Notes: generated from the sequence alone by a model not told the origin. A stretch of DNA of 64,000 bases from Lama guanicoe (GCA_013239625.1 MU054323.1:12345694-12409693), one strand, 5' to 3'; numbered from the stretch's first letter, positions 14,801 to 29,460 are shown. A program made the numbers and translations.

Positions 14801-17445
14801 TGCAGCCCAAGAGATAGAGTGGAAAATACAGTACAAGGAAGGCAAAGGGGTAAGATCTTCAAGAAGATTAAGCAGAATCCAATGATCTATATTGAATGAG
14901 CATGATGAGAATAGAAAAAATACCAATCAATGTATTTGGTGATTATGAGAAATCAGTAACATTAGAGCAATTAGTTTTCAGAGGTTGGGGGTAAAATTTG
15001 CATTTACAGTAATTATAAACAAGATGAGTTACAAGAAAACGGAGACATCAAATAAAAACCACTCCAAGAATAACTGAAAGCAGCTATTACTGCCTCCTTT
15101 TTCATCATCTCTAGGCTTCCCAATTCGGAGTCTCCAATGCCTCATATACATCAATGCACTCACTTTATGAAATATAACCTTAGGCAATAGCAATCATATT
15201 TTTATACCTCCCAACAAAGAAAACCTTCTACTAATGTCATGGGAAAGTCAACACTCAGGTATGCTTTTGGAATTTTACCCAAATAGATAGCAAACAATGT
15301 GAATCTGAGAGTGCATTGTTTGGAAGATAAACAGTTTCTAAGATTTTCTCCACACATTCACATTAAACATGTATTACAAGTTAACAATCCTATAGCTAGT
15401 TCTATAGAACTCAAGCCAATATTTCAAGTTAAAAAGGAGAGTGATAGTTAAATATAGTAGCATTTCGTAATGGTAGCATAGCTTTCATCTAAGGACATAA
15501 AAGCAACTTTTAAACATTTATTAATGATAGTCTTTCTAACAATCTTGTTTGCTGCAGCAGAATACAAGCATGAACATGATTATATTCTACCCTGATGATA
15601 AATAAAATATAATTTAAAACATGTGTGATTAATAATCAATAATTATAATAAATGGGGATATAACAACCAAAGTTACTTTGGTTTAAAGTAATTCAGAATG
15701 AAAAGTAAACCTCAATTTGAACATCAGTAACTGTCATCTGGTAAGTTCAGAAAAAGACCAGACCAAATTTTTTTATTTCAACAAAGAAAAAATATGTTAA
15801 GCAAATACCATGAAGCAGGTAACAAAAGCACACAGTTTTCAGCTACTTTAGATATACTTGATGTTCAATTTAAAAGGAGGCAATAATATGGAAGAAAGAA
15901 GTGCAAACTAGGACAGAAAAACCAGAATTTACAGCATACCTACAATGTGACAGGCACAGTACTGAGTTCCTTAAAAATGTTCTTCTTGGTTAACTGTCAT
16001 AGTAATCATGTGATACAGTTATTATCTCCAGCTTACAAAGAAATTTAAAAAACAAAGTCTCCTCAAGTTCATACAGCTAATAAATGGCAATGCTGGTCTG
16101 CCTCTGAACTGCAGGGATGTTCTACTCCATGCGCAGTTAGCTCCTCTTCTAATATCATCCCTTCATTGCCAGTTTATACATTATATTCCCAGTTTATAAA
16201 AAGTACACTCCTGTGTCTTGCTTAAGTGGAGACTTACTTTAATAAACTTACCAATCACCAAGCCATGTTAGTTACTACTACTGGTGATTTGGTGATTTAT
16301 CATTAAAGTTCCCAACAGACCCCCTTCTTTCGAGTAAAGTACGGTACTTACAATCTTTTTCTCTCATACTTGTTCACCATTAAAACTAACACAGTACTAT
16401 AAATCAACTATACTTCCATTTAAAAAAAAAAAAACCAAAGCAACAACAACAACAGTAACTAGGCCTGATACTCCTATCCCAAAGAAAGCTAAGCCACTTG
16501 CTGCTAGCTGCACATGCACTTCAGGGATCTCACTCATACTGTTTTAGTTAAAATTCATTAAAAATTTAAGTTAAAAATCTTTGGAAAGAATATTGTATTT
16601 AGGCAAAACAACCTAACTTAGTCAACAATATAAAACCAATATTTTTGTCAGCAGTTATTTCTGGTTGTCAAATTATGGCTACTTGTTTCTTATTTTGGTC
16701 ATCTCTATACATTCTAATCCTTTTTTTAGTAACTAAGTATTTTTACAATGGGAAGAAAGGTATGTATAAACATAGGACAACGCAGGACTTCATTCTACAA
16801 AGGAAGACGGAAACAATAATGAATACTAAGTTGTTCTGTAGTTATCAGCACAATTTCACTAAATTAAACTGCCATGTAAAGAGATGTTAATATTAATAGA
16901 TCCCAGTCATCTGGCAATCAATAGTAACTACTTTTAATAGAAATATAATTCCTTACTAAAACTTGATTTTTTTAATGTGTGTTAGTGTTTAGCAGAAGGT
17001 TTTAAAATTCTGGTTTGCTGTTTATGTATGTTCCCAAAATAGTTATTATGAAATTATTGTTCTGACCTCTATTCTCAAATATTATCTTGGAGAGTCATCT
17101 GAGGCCTCAGAAGAATGAGAGATTGACCAGGATGATTAGATAACAGGAACCAAACTCATAATTACCAACCAAGATTCAGGAGTCTTCCCTGTGTGCCTCA
17201 ATCTCTGGTACAAAAGCCACATTCAAGAGCATCACTGATGTGCTTAATAAAACTTCAGAACTGACTCCCCCACCCCCACGAAAGCTTAACTAAAAAAGCC
17301 TAAATCAGAGTATACAAGAAAGTATCAAGCTTAAACCCGACAAATAAAAGCACTTCATTGACAATTATTTTATTTCTTCCTATAAACCTTAAATAGCTTC
17401 CCCTCAGCCAACCCATGAAACCACCTCACCTCATTTAAACGGTTC

Positions 17446-17487
17446 CAGGTATCTCGTCTTGTCAGGTATCTCGTCTTGTCAAGTATC
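17446..17487. repeat. 17-bp tandem duplication CAGGTATCTCGTCTTGT x2 plus a partial third copy
   Basis: Two identical units at 17446-17462 and 17463-17479, then CAAGTATC. Confidence 0.9.
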
Positions 17488-18445
17488 ACTTGGCAATAGG
17501 ATGCATCTGTAGACTTGAGTTGTGTGGCTTCAATTAACAAGAAGGGGCCCAGGGCTGCCTATACCCGGGCAGGGCTAACTGCAAACAGCTTTTACTCTGG
17601 GATCACCAACTCTGCTCAGAACTCTCATGCTGATCTCCTGACATGCAAGTCTCTTCATCTTACACTGCCTGCTACCCTAACAATATCAGCAGATTTCCAT
17701 CTCTTGGAAGCAAACCTTGTGGTCATTGGTTTCTGTTCTGTTAGTGGACCAAACTATAGCACCATAAATCCTCCAAGTGCCTCAGATTAATTACAAAGGA
17801 GGCTTCCTTCTCTTTCACTTCTTATCTCCTTGATTACAGAACTACCCTTTACTTCATATTCTTACATTCCAAACGCTATGCTTCCTCCAAAATTCCTAAC
17901 ATATAAACTGAGTGTTTTATTTCACAATTTAATCTCTATTTGTGTTTTTTTGTTTTCAACCTAATTTTATTGTCAATGTTGTCCATATTAGATAGAATTT
18001 TAGATAGTAAATACATTTTCTCTCTGAACAGGACATTTCCATTCCGTTTTCAACTCTCTCTCATAATCTAGAATATGCTAGAGTCCTCCTGGTTCATTCA
18101 TAATAACATTTTAAATTTTGAACTAAAAAAAGTTGGAGAAATACTGGTTGTTAAACTACTAAAAATGTAAAAATAATTTGATTTGATCAGACATGCATGA
18201 CATTTTTATTAATATTTACTAATGTTTACTTTAGATAAATGCTATAAAAATTCAATACCATCTATCTCATATAGGAAAAGCTAATCAGTACATCCAGTTA
18301 GCCATTTAAGACTATTAATTACACAGGAAATCTTCCAGCAGGATTCCTAATCCCCAGCATTTCAACCGAAAGTTGTACTTGTTATAAGATTTATGGTTAA
18401 GGGAATACAACAGGCTACAAAGCGCGTGCTCTCTCTGTCTCTTTA

Positions 18446-18475
18446 TACACGCACGCGCGCGCACACACACACACA
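18446..18475. repeat. Alternating purine-pyrimidine (CA)n/(CG)n tract
   Basis: ACACGCACGCGCGCGCACACACACACACA directly visible. Smaller CA tracts at 14219-14242 and 47030-47052. Confidence 0.9.
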
Positions 18476-20622
18476 TAATGACCCCATTTTTATACACAGG
18501 CATAGACAAAAAGCTAAGAAAAGTTATTTTAGGATCACAGATGCTTTATTTCAGCTTCATATTTATATTTTCTCAATTTCCTATAATGCACCTGAATTAC
18601 CTTTGTAATAAACACAGGTTTTTCTTTTTCACAATTTTCAACAGCTCTCTCTCCAAGAAGAGGAATAATTCTCTTCCTGGCCCTCGCAACACTTTTACAT
18701 TCAGTATAGTAGTCCTATTACTATATTTGAAAATGTAGCTTGTTTTAAAGAGCTAACATTAGCTTAGTTAATCTCAGCCTCTTTCGTGTTTTAGTTCTAT
18801 AGTTAAGTTCGTTTTTACTGATCCATCCATTTAACCAAACATTTATTAAATACTCATTCAGTGTTAGACATTGTCACACAGCCCAGTTTCCTAATGAGTC
18901 TTGAGGCAACTATCTCTTAACATCTTTCCTGACCAAATAACATAGTTCTCAGTCACACTCAAAATACACTATCATTCTCACTGGGATCAAGTAAAAAACA
19001 CTGCAGATGCACATGCAAAACACCTCCTATTAGCACTGCTGACCACTTTGTCCCATTTTTTCTGAAACAACACTAAAGGATGAGAGTTATTTCATATAGT
19101 CACTAACTAAACCAGAAGAGTTTAACAAATCCACATTAAAATTCTGACTTTCCCACATTTCCAGATTCTTAATTTATACATTAATATGTTCATATGGCTG
19201 CCAATAATATATCCTGCAAAGGGTGAGAGTACTCTTAAATTAGCAAGATTGTAGACCCTTCTTTCTTGGGTATAAACATAACTCAGGTATATTTATGCAG
19301 GAAAATGTATGAAAGTATAAATTTTTATTTTGAAGGACAGCTAAAAGCAAGCACAGGGAAGATTCAAAAATATAAAATTGCATCAAATAAACCTTACACC
19401 ACAAGATTCAGAAAGGCACAAGCTAGTTTAGCACTACACAAAATTAGAACTGTGATACATTTTCTTGTTAGTAATCTTTCACTCAAATGTTTCTCTAACT
19501 GATGTAGCGGGGATGTGGTCTGGGAGTTTGATGAACCCAACTCTATTGGAATTGATGTATAAGTGAAGACAATACCCAGACACTTTTGGACGCTATACTT
19601 CTCACTTGTTTCCTAGTCCTCCATCTTTTGAAGCATGTTATATAAACAGAGGTATGTTAGAAATATACCAAGGCAAGAAAAAATGCAAAGCTCTATTTAA
19701 AAACCAATTTACAAGAATATGAAAATCAATATATGTATATGTATATGCACAACATTGTGCTGTACACCAGAAATTGACACATTGTAACTGTACTTCAATT
19801 TAAAAAAAAAAATTAAAAAAGACAATACTAATGACCTTTAAAAAATGAAAAGGATTATAAGAATACTGTGAGCAACTGCATGCCAACAAATTAGATAAAC
19901 TAGATGAAATGGATAAATACCTAGAAACACAAACTATCAGAACTGACTCAAGAATACAAAATCTGAACATACATATAACAAGAAACCAAGACAACAATCG
20001 AAACCTGCCAACAAAGAAAAGCCTACTCATGGCTTCACTGGTGAGTTCTATCAAACACTTCAAGTATAATTAATGCCAACCCTTCTCAAACTCATCCAAG
20101 AAACAGAGGAGTAGATTACACTGTCTAACTCATTTTATAACGCAGCACTACTCTGATAACAAAGTCAGACACAGATATCACAAGAAAAGAAAACCATAAA
20201 CCAATATCCCTTGTGAATATAGATGTCAAAATACTAGCAAACCAAATCCAGAAACATGGATTAGACACCACAACCAAGCGGGATTTATCCCAGGAAGGCA
20301 AGGGTAGTTCACTATATGAAAATAAAACAGTGTAATAGACCAGATTAATAAAAGAAAAGAAAAACACATGATCATCTCAATTGATGCAGAAAAAGCATTT
20401 CACAAAATCCAACAACCTTTTGTGATAAAAACAGATTCAGAATAGAAGAAAACTTCCTTGACCTAATGAAAGGGCATTTATGAGAAAACCCACAACTAAC
20501 ATCATACTCAATGGTAAAAAAAACTGAAAGCATCCCCCCCTAAAATTAGGAACATGACAAGAATGCCGACTTCTGCCACTTCCAGTCAATATTGTACTGT
20601 AAGTTCTAACCAGAGAAACTGG

Positions 20623-20700
20623 GAAAGAGAGAAAGAGAGAGAGAAAGAGAGAAAGAAAGAGAGAAAGAAAGAAAGAAAGAGAAGAAGGAAGGAAGAAAGG
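20623..20700. repeat. Purine-only (GA)n/(GAAA)n microsatellite inside L1
   Basis: Directly visible. Confidence 0.9.
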
Positions 20701-20777
20701 GCATCCAAATGGAAAAGGAAGACATAAAACTATCACTATCCACAGATGACATGATCTTATATATTAAAAAAAATCCT

Positions 20778-21333
20778 AGGATAGCTATTTGCAATGTAGT
20801 AGTTGAGGTCATAATGTCTGAATGAGGCAAACATGGCAGCAAAGCTCAGGCCCAGGCCAAAATCCACTCTCCTTGGGCCGGATTCCAGTTACCCATGGGC
20901 CATATACCATTCCTTCTCCACAAGGGTATGCAGAGTGGGCTGAAGTGGCAGGCAGGTGCCCCCAGCAGCAATGCTGGAGTACCTGATGGCCAAGATCCTG
21001 GAGCTGGCAGACAACAAGGCCCCACAACAAGGAGATATGCATCATCCTGCATCACCTGCTGATGGCTATCCTCAATGACCAGGAACTGACCAAGCTCCTG
21101 GGCAAAGTTACCGTCACTCAGGGCAGTGTCCTGCCAAAGAGCCAGGCCATGCTGCTCTCAGAAAGTCAGAGAGCCACCATAAGCTAAGGGAAAGTAGTGG
21201 CCTACATCAGTTTAAGGAACTTGAAGAAGTCAAGTCCAAACCAAAGGCACTTTTCAGGGCTACCCATATCTCCTGGATAAGAACTTAATAGTTGTTTTAT
21301 GTTGGATTATAAAAAGGGGAAAGTGAGATTTTT
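20778..21333 (+). pseudogene. Degenerate retrocopy of a replication-dependent histone H2A gene, inserted in an L1
   Basis: From ATG 20814 (ATGTCTGAATGAGGCAAA, i.e. MSGRGK with CGA to TGA) through LEYL.A.ILELA and L.KLLGKVT..QG.VLP to ESHH..KGK-TAG (21195-21197), with indels. Decayed histone stem-loop AAAGGCACTTTTCAGGGCTACCCA at 21243-21266. Flanked by AAAAATCCT at 20769-20777 and 21334-21342. Confidence 0.88.
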
Positions 21334-21895
21334 AAAAATCCTTAAGAATCCGCATTAAAACCAACTGAGCTAATAAGGTTTTTTGATACAAGATCAAAAA
21401 ACAAAAAGCAGTTGTATTTCTACTCACTAGCAATGAACAATCCAAAAAGGAAATTAAGAAAACAATTTCATTTATGACAGAATCAAAACAAATACTGAGC
21501 AATAATTTTAACCAAGGATGTGAAAGACGTATACACTAAAAAGTATAAACATTGCTGAAATAACAAAGATCTAAATAAGTGAAGAGATATTCTGTGTACA
21601 TGCATTGAAAGATTTAATATTGTTAAAATGGCAATACTCTCAAAGTGATCTACAGATTCAATGTAATCTCTATTAAAATCTCAACCACTATTTTTTGTAT
21701 AAATGGAAAAGCTGATCCTCAAATTCATATGGAGGTTCAGAGGGCCCTGAACGGCAAAAAAAAACCTTGAAAAAGAACAAAGGTGGAGGATTCATATTTT
21801 CTAATATCAAAACTTAACTACAAAGCTACTGTGATCAAAACAGTGTGGTACTGGTTTTACGACAGACATGCAGACCAACTGAACAGAATTGACAG

Positions 21896-23108
21896 TCCAT
21901 GCAGCAATATTTTTTTTTGGATTCATCTCCTAGAGAAAAGGAAAAGCAAAAATAAACAAATGGGACCCAATCAAACTTACATGCTTTTGCCTAGCAAAGG
22001 AAACCATAAACAAAAAGACAACCCACAGACAGGGAGAAATTATTTGCAAACAATGCAACCAACAAGGGATTAACCTTCAAAATATACAAATAGACCATAC
22101 ATGTCAATATTTAAAAAAAAAAAATACAAACAACCCAGTCAAAAAATAGGCAGAAGACCTAAACAGACATTTATCCAAAGAAGACACAGAGTTAGCCAAC
22201 AAGCACATGAAAAGATACTCAACATTGCTACATTAGACAAATGCAAATCAAAACTACAATGAGATATCACCTCACATCAGTCAGAATGGTCATCATTAAA
22301 AAGCCTACAAATAACAAATGCTAGAAGAGGATGTGAAGAAAAGGGAACCCTCCTGCACAGTTAGTGGGAATATAAGTTGGTGCAGTCACTATGGAGAACA
22401 ATATGAAGGTTCCTTAAAAAACTAAAAATAGAGTTACCATATGATCCAGCAATCTCACTCCCAGGCATATACACAGAAAAAACTAATTTGAAAAGATACA
22501 TGTACCCCAATGTTCACAGCAGCACTATTTACAATAGCCAAGATATAGAAGCAACTGAAATGTTCATCAATGACTGAAAGAATAAAGAAGATGTGATGTA
22601 TATATATATATGTATATGTGGTGTACACACACACACACAGTGGAATATTACTCAGCCATAAAAAAGAATGAAATATTATTTGCAACAACATGCATGGACC
22701 TAAAGATTATCATATTAAGTGAAGTAAATCAGACAGAGAAAGAAAACTATCATATGATATCACTTATATGTGGAATCTTTAAAAAATGATAAAAATGAAC
22801 TTATTTACAAACCAAAAAGACTCACAGACATTACAAAATAAATTTATGGTTACCAAAGGGGAAAGGGGGGGAGAAGGGAGAGGGATAAATAAGGAGTATG
22901 AGACTAACATATACACCCTACTATATATAAAAATAGATAAACAACAAGGACCTACTGTATAGCACAGAGAACTATATTCAATATCTTGTAATAACCTATA
23001 ACAGAAAAGAATCTGAAGAAGAATATATATATGTATAACACTTTGTTGTATACCTGAAACACTGTAAATCAACTATACTTCAATTTTTTAAATCTAATTA
23101 AAAAAAAA
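21896..23108 (+). mobile_element. Younger 5'-truncated L1 nested inside the old L1
   Basis: L1 ORF2 C-terminus, artiodactyl-type 3'UTR and A tail. TSD AGAATTGACAG (21885-21895) / AGAACTGACAG (23109-23119). The host L1 resumes afterwards. Confidence 0.85.
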
Positions 23109-26100
23109 AGAACTGACAGCACAGATATAGATTCAAATATCTATGCCACTTCAATGAGAGAACAGCATCTTCAACAAACAGTGCTATGACAACTGGAAAT
23201 GTACATGCAAAATGATGCAGCTGGACCCTTACCTCATCCCACAGTCGAAAATTAACTCAAAACAGATCAATAACCTAAAGGTAAAAGCTGAAAACTATAA
23301 AACTTTCAGAAGAAAATACAGAGGCGAATCATAACCTCAGATTTGCCAATGATACCTTAACACCAAAAGTATGAGCAACAAAAGAAAAAATAGATAAAAC
23401 TGTACTTTATCAAAATTTAAAACTTTGGTACATGAAAAGATATCGTCAAGAAAGTGAAAAGACAACCTACAAAATGGGAGAAAATACTTGCAAATCATAC
23501 ATCTGATAAAGAATTAATAGTGAGAATATATAAAGAATACTTACAAGTCAACAAAAAGGCAAATGCAATTTAAAAATGTGCAAAAAATCTCCATAAGCAT
23601 TTCTCCAAAGATACATACAAATGGCCAACGAGCACATGAAAAAATGTTCAACTGACACCATTAGCAATTAGCAAATGCAAATCAAACCACAATAAGATAC
23701 CAATTCACACTCATTAAGAGGACTAAAACAAAGAAGAAGAAGGTAACAAGTGATCAAAGAAGATGTGGAGAAGCTAGAATCTTCATGTATTGTTACTGGG
23801 GCTGTAAAATGGTGCAGCCACTTTGGAAAACACTTTGGCATTTTCTAAAGAAATTAAACATAGATCTACCATATGATCTAGCAATTCCACTCCTAGGTAA
23901 ATACCCAAAAGAACTGAAAACAGGTATTCAAACAAATACTTGTGTACAAGTGGACAAATATTCATAGCAGCACCATTCACAAATGCCAAAAAATGGAAAC
24001 AACTCAAATATCTACCAACATATGAAAAGACAACAAAATGTGCTATATACATACAATAGAACACTATTTTGCCATAAAAAAGAATAGTACTGATAAATGC
24101 TACAAACCGGATTAACCTTGAAAATATCATCCTAAGTGAAAGAAGCCAGACAAAAGGTCACATATTGTATGGTTCTATTTATATGAAATATCCTAAAGGG
24201 ATAAATCCACAGAGACAGAAGGCAGATTCATGGCCAACAGTGGCTAACAATAGGTGGAAATGGGGAGTAATTGCTAAATAGGTATAGGGTTTTCTTTGGG
24301 GATTATGAGGATGTTTTGGGACTTGATATAGGTGGTGGTTGCACCACACTGTGAATGTATTAAATGCCAATGAAATATACAGTTTAAAATGGCTAATTTT
24401 ATATTATCTGAATTTTGCCTCAATAAAACAAAGACAATCTAGACAAATCTTCAGTTTATGGAAATTCATAGGATAATAAAAATGAAAAATCAATAAATTA
24501 GAAAGTGCTGATTATTCTCTCTCCCTCTACCTCCAATCTTTTATACCTGCTTACTATCATGGACATCCACAAAATATAACATCTTATTCTGTATACTAAG
24601 GGCACTTTATTTATTCATTAGATTTCTGCCTGATACCCAACAAAGACACAAGGTCAGTGTATCACATCATTTCCAGTTAACAATTTAAATATGTGAAAAT
24701 TTATGTCAATTAACATAATAATGGTTGGAAAACTATACTTTCTGCTTCCAAATTCAAAACATTACACATATCTAAAAAAATTACATGTATGTATTCAAGA
24801 CAATTTATGTAATGGATACTTGCAAAGTGTTAATGTACTTTTCTAACAACTCAAACTGCTTTCTAAGTAAAAATTAAAATATATGCACAGGCATACACGT
24901 TTGTTTTCTCATGGCTTCAACATCTCTAGAAATCCAGCATTTCAAACTACAAAACACCAATAAACTTATAAAATATCTATGGACAGAAACTAAAATCTAA
25001 ATCAACTTAATCTTCTGTTTATAACTATATGGCACACAGAAAAATAAAACAGTGGTCATGAGTACTGTTGTATGATAAAAGTTCTAAGAATACACTGATT
25101 TTTGTTAATCCAGAACAGGAACCCACAAAAAGTTAGGTTTCTCTCCCAATTGAACAGTCTGCAGTAGGAAAGTAAAACTAATGTAAAAAAATAAACACCA
25201 GCATACTTGGCAAGTATGACACCTAAATTATGCATTCTCCTGGGACAAAGCTCCTCCAGCTAGACAAAGCTGGGGTTTGAGGAAAATTCTCATCTCCAGA
25301 TCTGTGTGACAGACAGAGGAGTCAGCAGGCAATGCATATACAACAGGGGCTCACTGGGCCCAGTTAGGGGAAAAGCTAATTACCAAAACCCATGCCCTAC
25401 CACCTAGACATGTAGGCGATGCCACCCAAATATGAAGAACACTTAGCTTACACATTCTTTAGTGATTATCTAGAAAAAGGCACTAGCGTCCTAGTTACAT
25501 TTCTTTCCCACCCCCTATGTGGGCCAAGTACTAAAAAACAAAGTGTCTTTGCCTAGGAACAAACTGTCTAGAGAGACAAAGGAAAGGAATGGAAGCTCAT
25601 GCAACAATGAGCTGAGAAAGAAGTCTGGACTCTAAACGGTAGTTAAAATGCGGCAAGAAACTTTAAATGCTGAAAATGCCAATATACATTATCATGACCT
25701 AGCATCAATAGTCACATTTCTAAAAACTACTAAAAGTATACATAAATATATTAAAAATATGAAGAGACAAAAAAAAAAACACATCCAGAAAGTTGGATTG
25801 CACATGCAAACCAAATTCTCTTTAGCCCATAATTAAGAACAAGGCAAGTTTAACTTCCATCTAGACTCTTAGTATAATTTCAATTACTTTTAATAAATAA
25901 TTCTCCTAAAATCAATGCTCCTCAACTTAACACTAAATAGGGGAACGATAAAGTGGCAACTGAGGAAGCAAATTTTCACAGACAGTTTAAAATTTTTAAA
26001 TAAGAGATCAAGGTAGAAAAACACTAATAAACAGTACAAACAAGCTGAAGTTAAAAGCTTTCCCCATGTACATTCCAAACTTAGAAAGGAAGTATAAGTC

Positions 26101-28239
26101 AAATCTATAAAGAATAAATTTTTAAAACCAATATAAGGTATTCAAGAAACCTGATTTGAAGTATGAATAATTAAATATATCAAATGTCAAGGGAATAGCA
26201 ATTTCTAAATATTCACAATATAAATTACTATGATCATATTCTTGCTATTTATACAGATCAATACAAAATACACTTTCTCCTTTCAGAGTTCCAACCTTTC
26301 ATTTCATGGTGAAATTAAATACCAAAAGTTTCTACAAGAATATAAATTATCAGATTATAAACTTAAGATTTATGAGACAAGATGAACAAAATGAAAATGT
26401 TTATTAAAAAACATTACTGATACTGTTATATAGCTTTTTATCCTTTTTTCACTAACAAGTAATTATCGAGCTCCTTGTGTATATAAGACACTGAAAAAGG
26501 TATCAGTGACAGCCATTTTCATCAAGAGCCTTATCTATAGTTGGGGAAACAGCTAAACAAAACAAGGTGAGATAAACACAATGCCTAAGGAGGGATTTCA
26601 GAGTTCTGAAGAAGGAAAAATGCTGGGAAGAAAAATAGACTTAAGTCTTAATGTAGAACCAGAGAAGAAGATGGCAGGGCATTTCCAAACAGAAGGAAGC
26701 TATGAACAAAAACATAGAAGTAGAAATGACAATTCCAGCTGCATGAAACAAACAACTGCATAGTAGAGAAGGGGAGTAGAATAAGTGACCCCTTGACTCC
26801 TACATTAAGGAGTTCCCTTACTTTCCATACAGACAGAAAATGGGGAGCTACTGAAAGTTCTTATGCTTGAAGATGTGTTTTAATTACAAGAGCTACATAC
26901 TGAAACGTGCACTGTATAATTTATGCAACACACATGGCTAACAACTATAACTTCACATTTTTACAATTTTTTAATGATTATTTTGCCTTTATTGGTCTTA
27001 CACTGTCAAACTCCACGAAATAAATTTGTTTTAAAAGTTGAATTATTTCCTAACATTTTATTTTCAAATGAACATATATGTTTAATAATTTAGGATATTC
27101 ATTTATTTAAAACTTTGTACGGGAAGCAATATGGATGGAACAGTGGTTAAAAGCTCCAACTGTGGAGCCAACTGGTGGAAACACAAGCAGAAACTTCGTG
27201 ACCTCAAACAACCTAAGCCTCAGCTTTTTCATGTGGTTGTTGTATTAAAAGAGAAATCCAAGAGCAAATGCCTGACATATAGTAAAGGCTTCATAAATGC
27301 TGGCTATAATCATTAAGCTGAATCCAGAAGCCCTGTTAGATGTTGGCTCATCCGAACTTTGGTGAGAGTTTATTTGCACTTATTTTTTATTCCCCAAAAT
27401 TCTTAGTGAAATGCTACCATGTATTTCATAAATACATCCAGATTAACTTCTATGTAGAGACCAACCATTTATTACTATGCCAGATGACAGACAAACTGAT
27501 AAGCAGACTATCCAATTCCATAACATAAAATATCTTAATTCAATTGTTTAAAAACAACACTTGAAATTTTGAAAGAATTGAAAATTGAACTGAGATTTGA
27601 AAAAATTACCAAATTCAACACTAGCAATGTAATTTTGAAATATTTTAAGGACTTTTTTATCTTTAAATCACTGCTCTTCATTCAATGTTTATTTTATTAT
27701 GAACATTTTAATACTCAATCAGATTTTTTGAGTTCTCTCTGCCATTTCACATGGATTCCCAATACAGTTAGAATAAAACCCAAACTATTTTACCAGCCCC
27801 ATAAGATTGTATGATGTAGTCCTAGCCTCCTCCAACGGTCTTCACTATATTTCAGCCATATATTCCCTCTAACTGGAAATCTCTCTCCCAAACTTCACAG
27901 CATTTGGGATTTCCACTTAGTTTTTACCTCACAGAAAAGCCTCTTCTAATCCTTACCCATAGGTATTTCTCCACTGCCCACTTCTGTACTACCTCCTCAC
28001 CACAGTCAAATGCAGAGACAAGTATTATCAAGTATGGTAATATAAGACATAATGCCAAATAACCCTTTCAATCTGGTCACAGCTGACTAGAATAGGAATG
28101 GGGGTCTGAACCCAAGAAGAACTCATTTATGGGCTGGCCAATAGCTGATACAGTAGCCTTAGGAGTCAAAGAATTCTATACAAAGCAGAGATGGAAACTA
28201 GATAATTGAATAGACAGCTCCCTGCCTTCTACTCTTCAG

Positions 28240-29460
28240 TTTATTGTTAATTGAAGTATACAGTTTATTTACTATATTGTGTTAGTTTCAGGTATATAGC
28301 AAAGTGATTCAGTTATATATTTTTTCAGATTATTTTCCATTATAGGTTATTACAAGATTTTGAATACTGTTCCCTGTGTTTTACAATAATCCTTGGTGCT
28401 TATCTATTTAATGTATAGTAGTTCGTATCTGTTAATCTCATACTCCCTCCCCAACCCCCTGCTTTCCCCTTTGGTAACAGTAAGTGTGCTCTCTCTGTCT
28501 GTGAGTCTGTTTCTATTTTGTATATAGATTCAACTGTATTACTTTTTAGATTCCACATGTAAGTGATATCATATGAATTTGTCTTTGACTTACTTCACTT
28601 AGATATTCTCTAAGGCCATCCATGTTGTTGCAAATGGCAATATTTCATTCTTTTTATGGCTGAGTAATACTCCATTGTGTACCACACACCACCTTCTTAA
28701 ACTAATCGTCTCATCTGTTGATGGGCATTTTGGTTGTTTCCATGTCTTGGCTATTGCAAATAGTGCTGCTATAAACATTGGGATGCATGTAATTTTTCAA
28801 GTTAGAGTTGACACCATAAAACTAGAAGAGAACACAGGCAAAACATTCTTGGACATAAATCATAGCAATATATTCTTAGAGCAGTCTCCCAGGACAAAAG
28901 AAATAAAAGCAAAAATAAATAAATGGGATCTAATTAAACTTAAAAGCTTTTGCACAGCAAAGGAAGCCATAAACAAATCAACAAGACAACCTACACACAG
29001 GGAGAAATTATTTGCAAACGATGCAACCAAAAAGAGATTAATTTCTAAAATATACAATTCAGTATCAAAAGCAAAAACTCAATCAAGAGATGGGCAGAAG
29101 ACCTAAATAGACATTTCTCCAAAGATATACAGATGGCCAACAGGTACATGAAAAGACGCTCAACATCACTGATTATTAGAGAAATACAGATCAAAATCAC
29201 AATGAGGTATCACCTTACACCACTCAGAATGACCATCACCAAAAAGTGTACAAATAAAAATGGAGATAATGTGAAGAAAAGAGAACTCTCCTACACTGTT
29301 GGTGGGAATGTAAACTGGTGCTGCCACTATAGAGAACAGTATGGAAGTTGTTTAAAAAACTAAAAATAGAGCTACCATACCATCCAGCAATCCCACTCCT
29401 GGGCATATCGCCGGAAAAGATGAAAACTCTAACTTGAAAAGATGCATGCAACCTAGTATT
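28240..29460 (-). mobile_element. L1 with 5' inversion (twin-priming structure)
   Basis: 28240-28808 is an L1 3' end on the minus strand. 28809-29460 is the immediately upstream ORF2 segment on the plus strand. Imperfect flanking repeat CTCTTCAGTTTA / CTCACAGTTTA. Confidence 0.8.

Larger units (their letters stand above)
19818..24428 (+). mobile_element. Old LINE-1 (L1M-type) ORF2 and 3'UTR, interrupted by a GA microsatellite, the H2A retrocopy and a younger L1
   Basis: Recognisable L1 ORF2 RT segments ([19 protein letters not shown]) and 3' segments, ending CTCAATAAAA at about 24428. Many stops and frameshifts. Confidence 0.9.

Noticed and set aside
17446..17487. Direct repeats as a CRISPR-like array
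   Set aside because: Adjacent units with no spacers in eukaryotic intronic DNA; a simple tandem duplication.
28675..29106. 143-aa ORF with L1 ORF2-like C-terminal half
   Set aside because: Artefact of the L1 inversion junction fusing antisense and sense L1 sequence.
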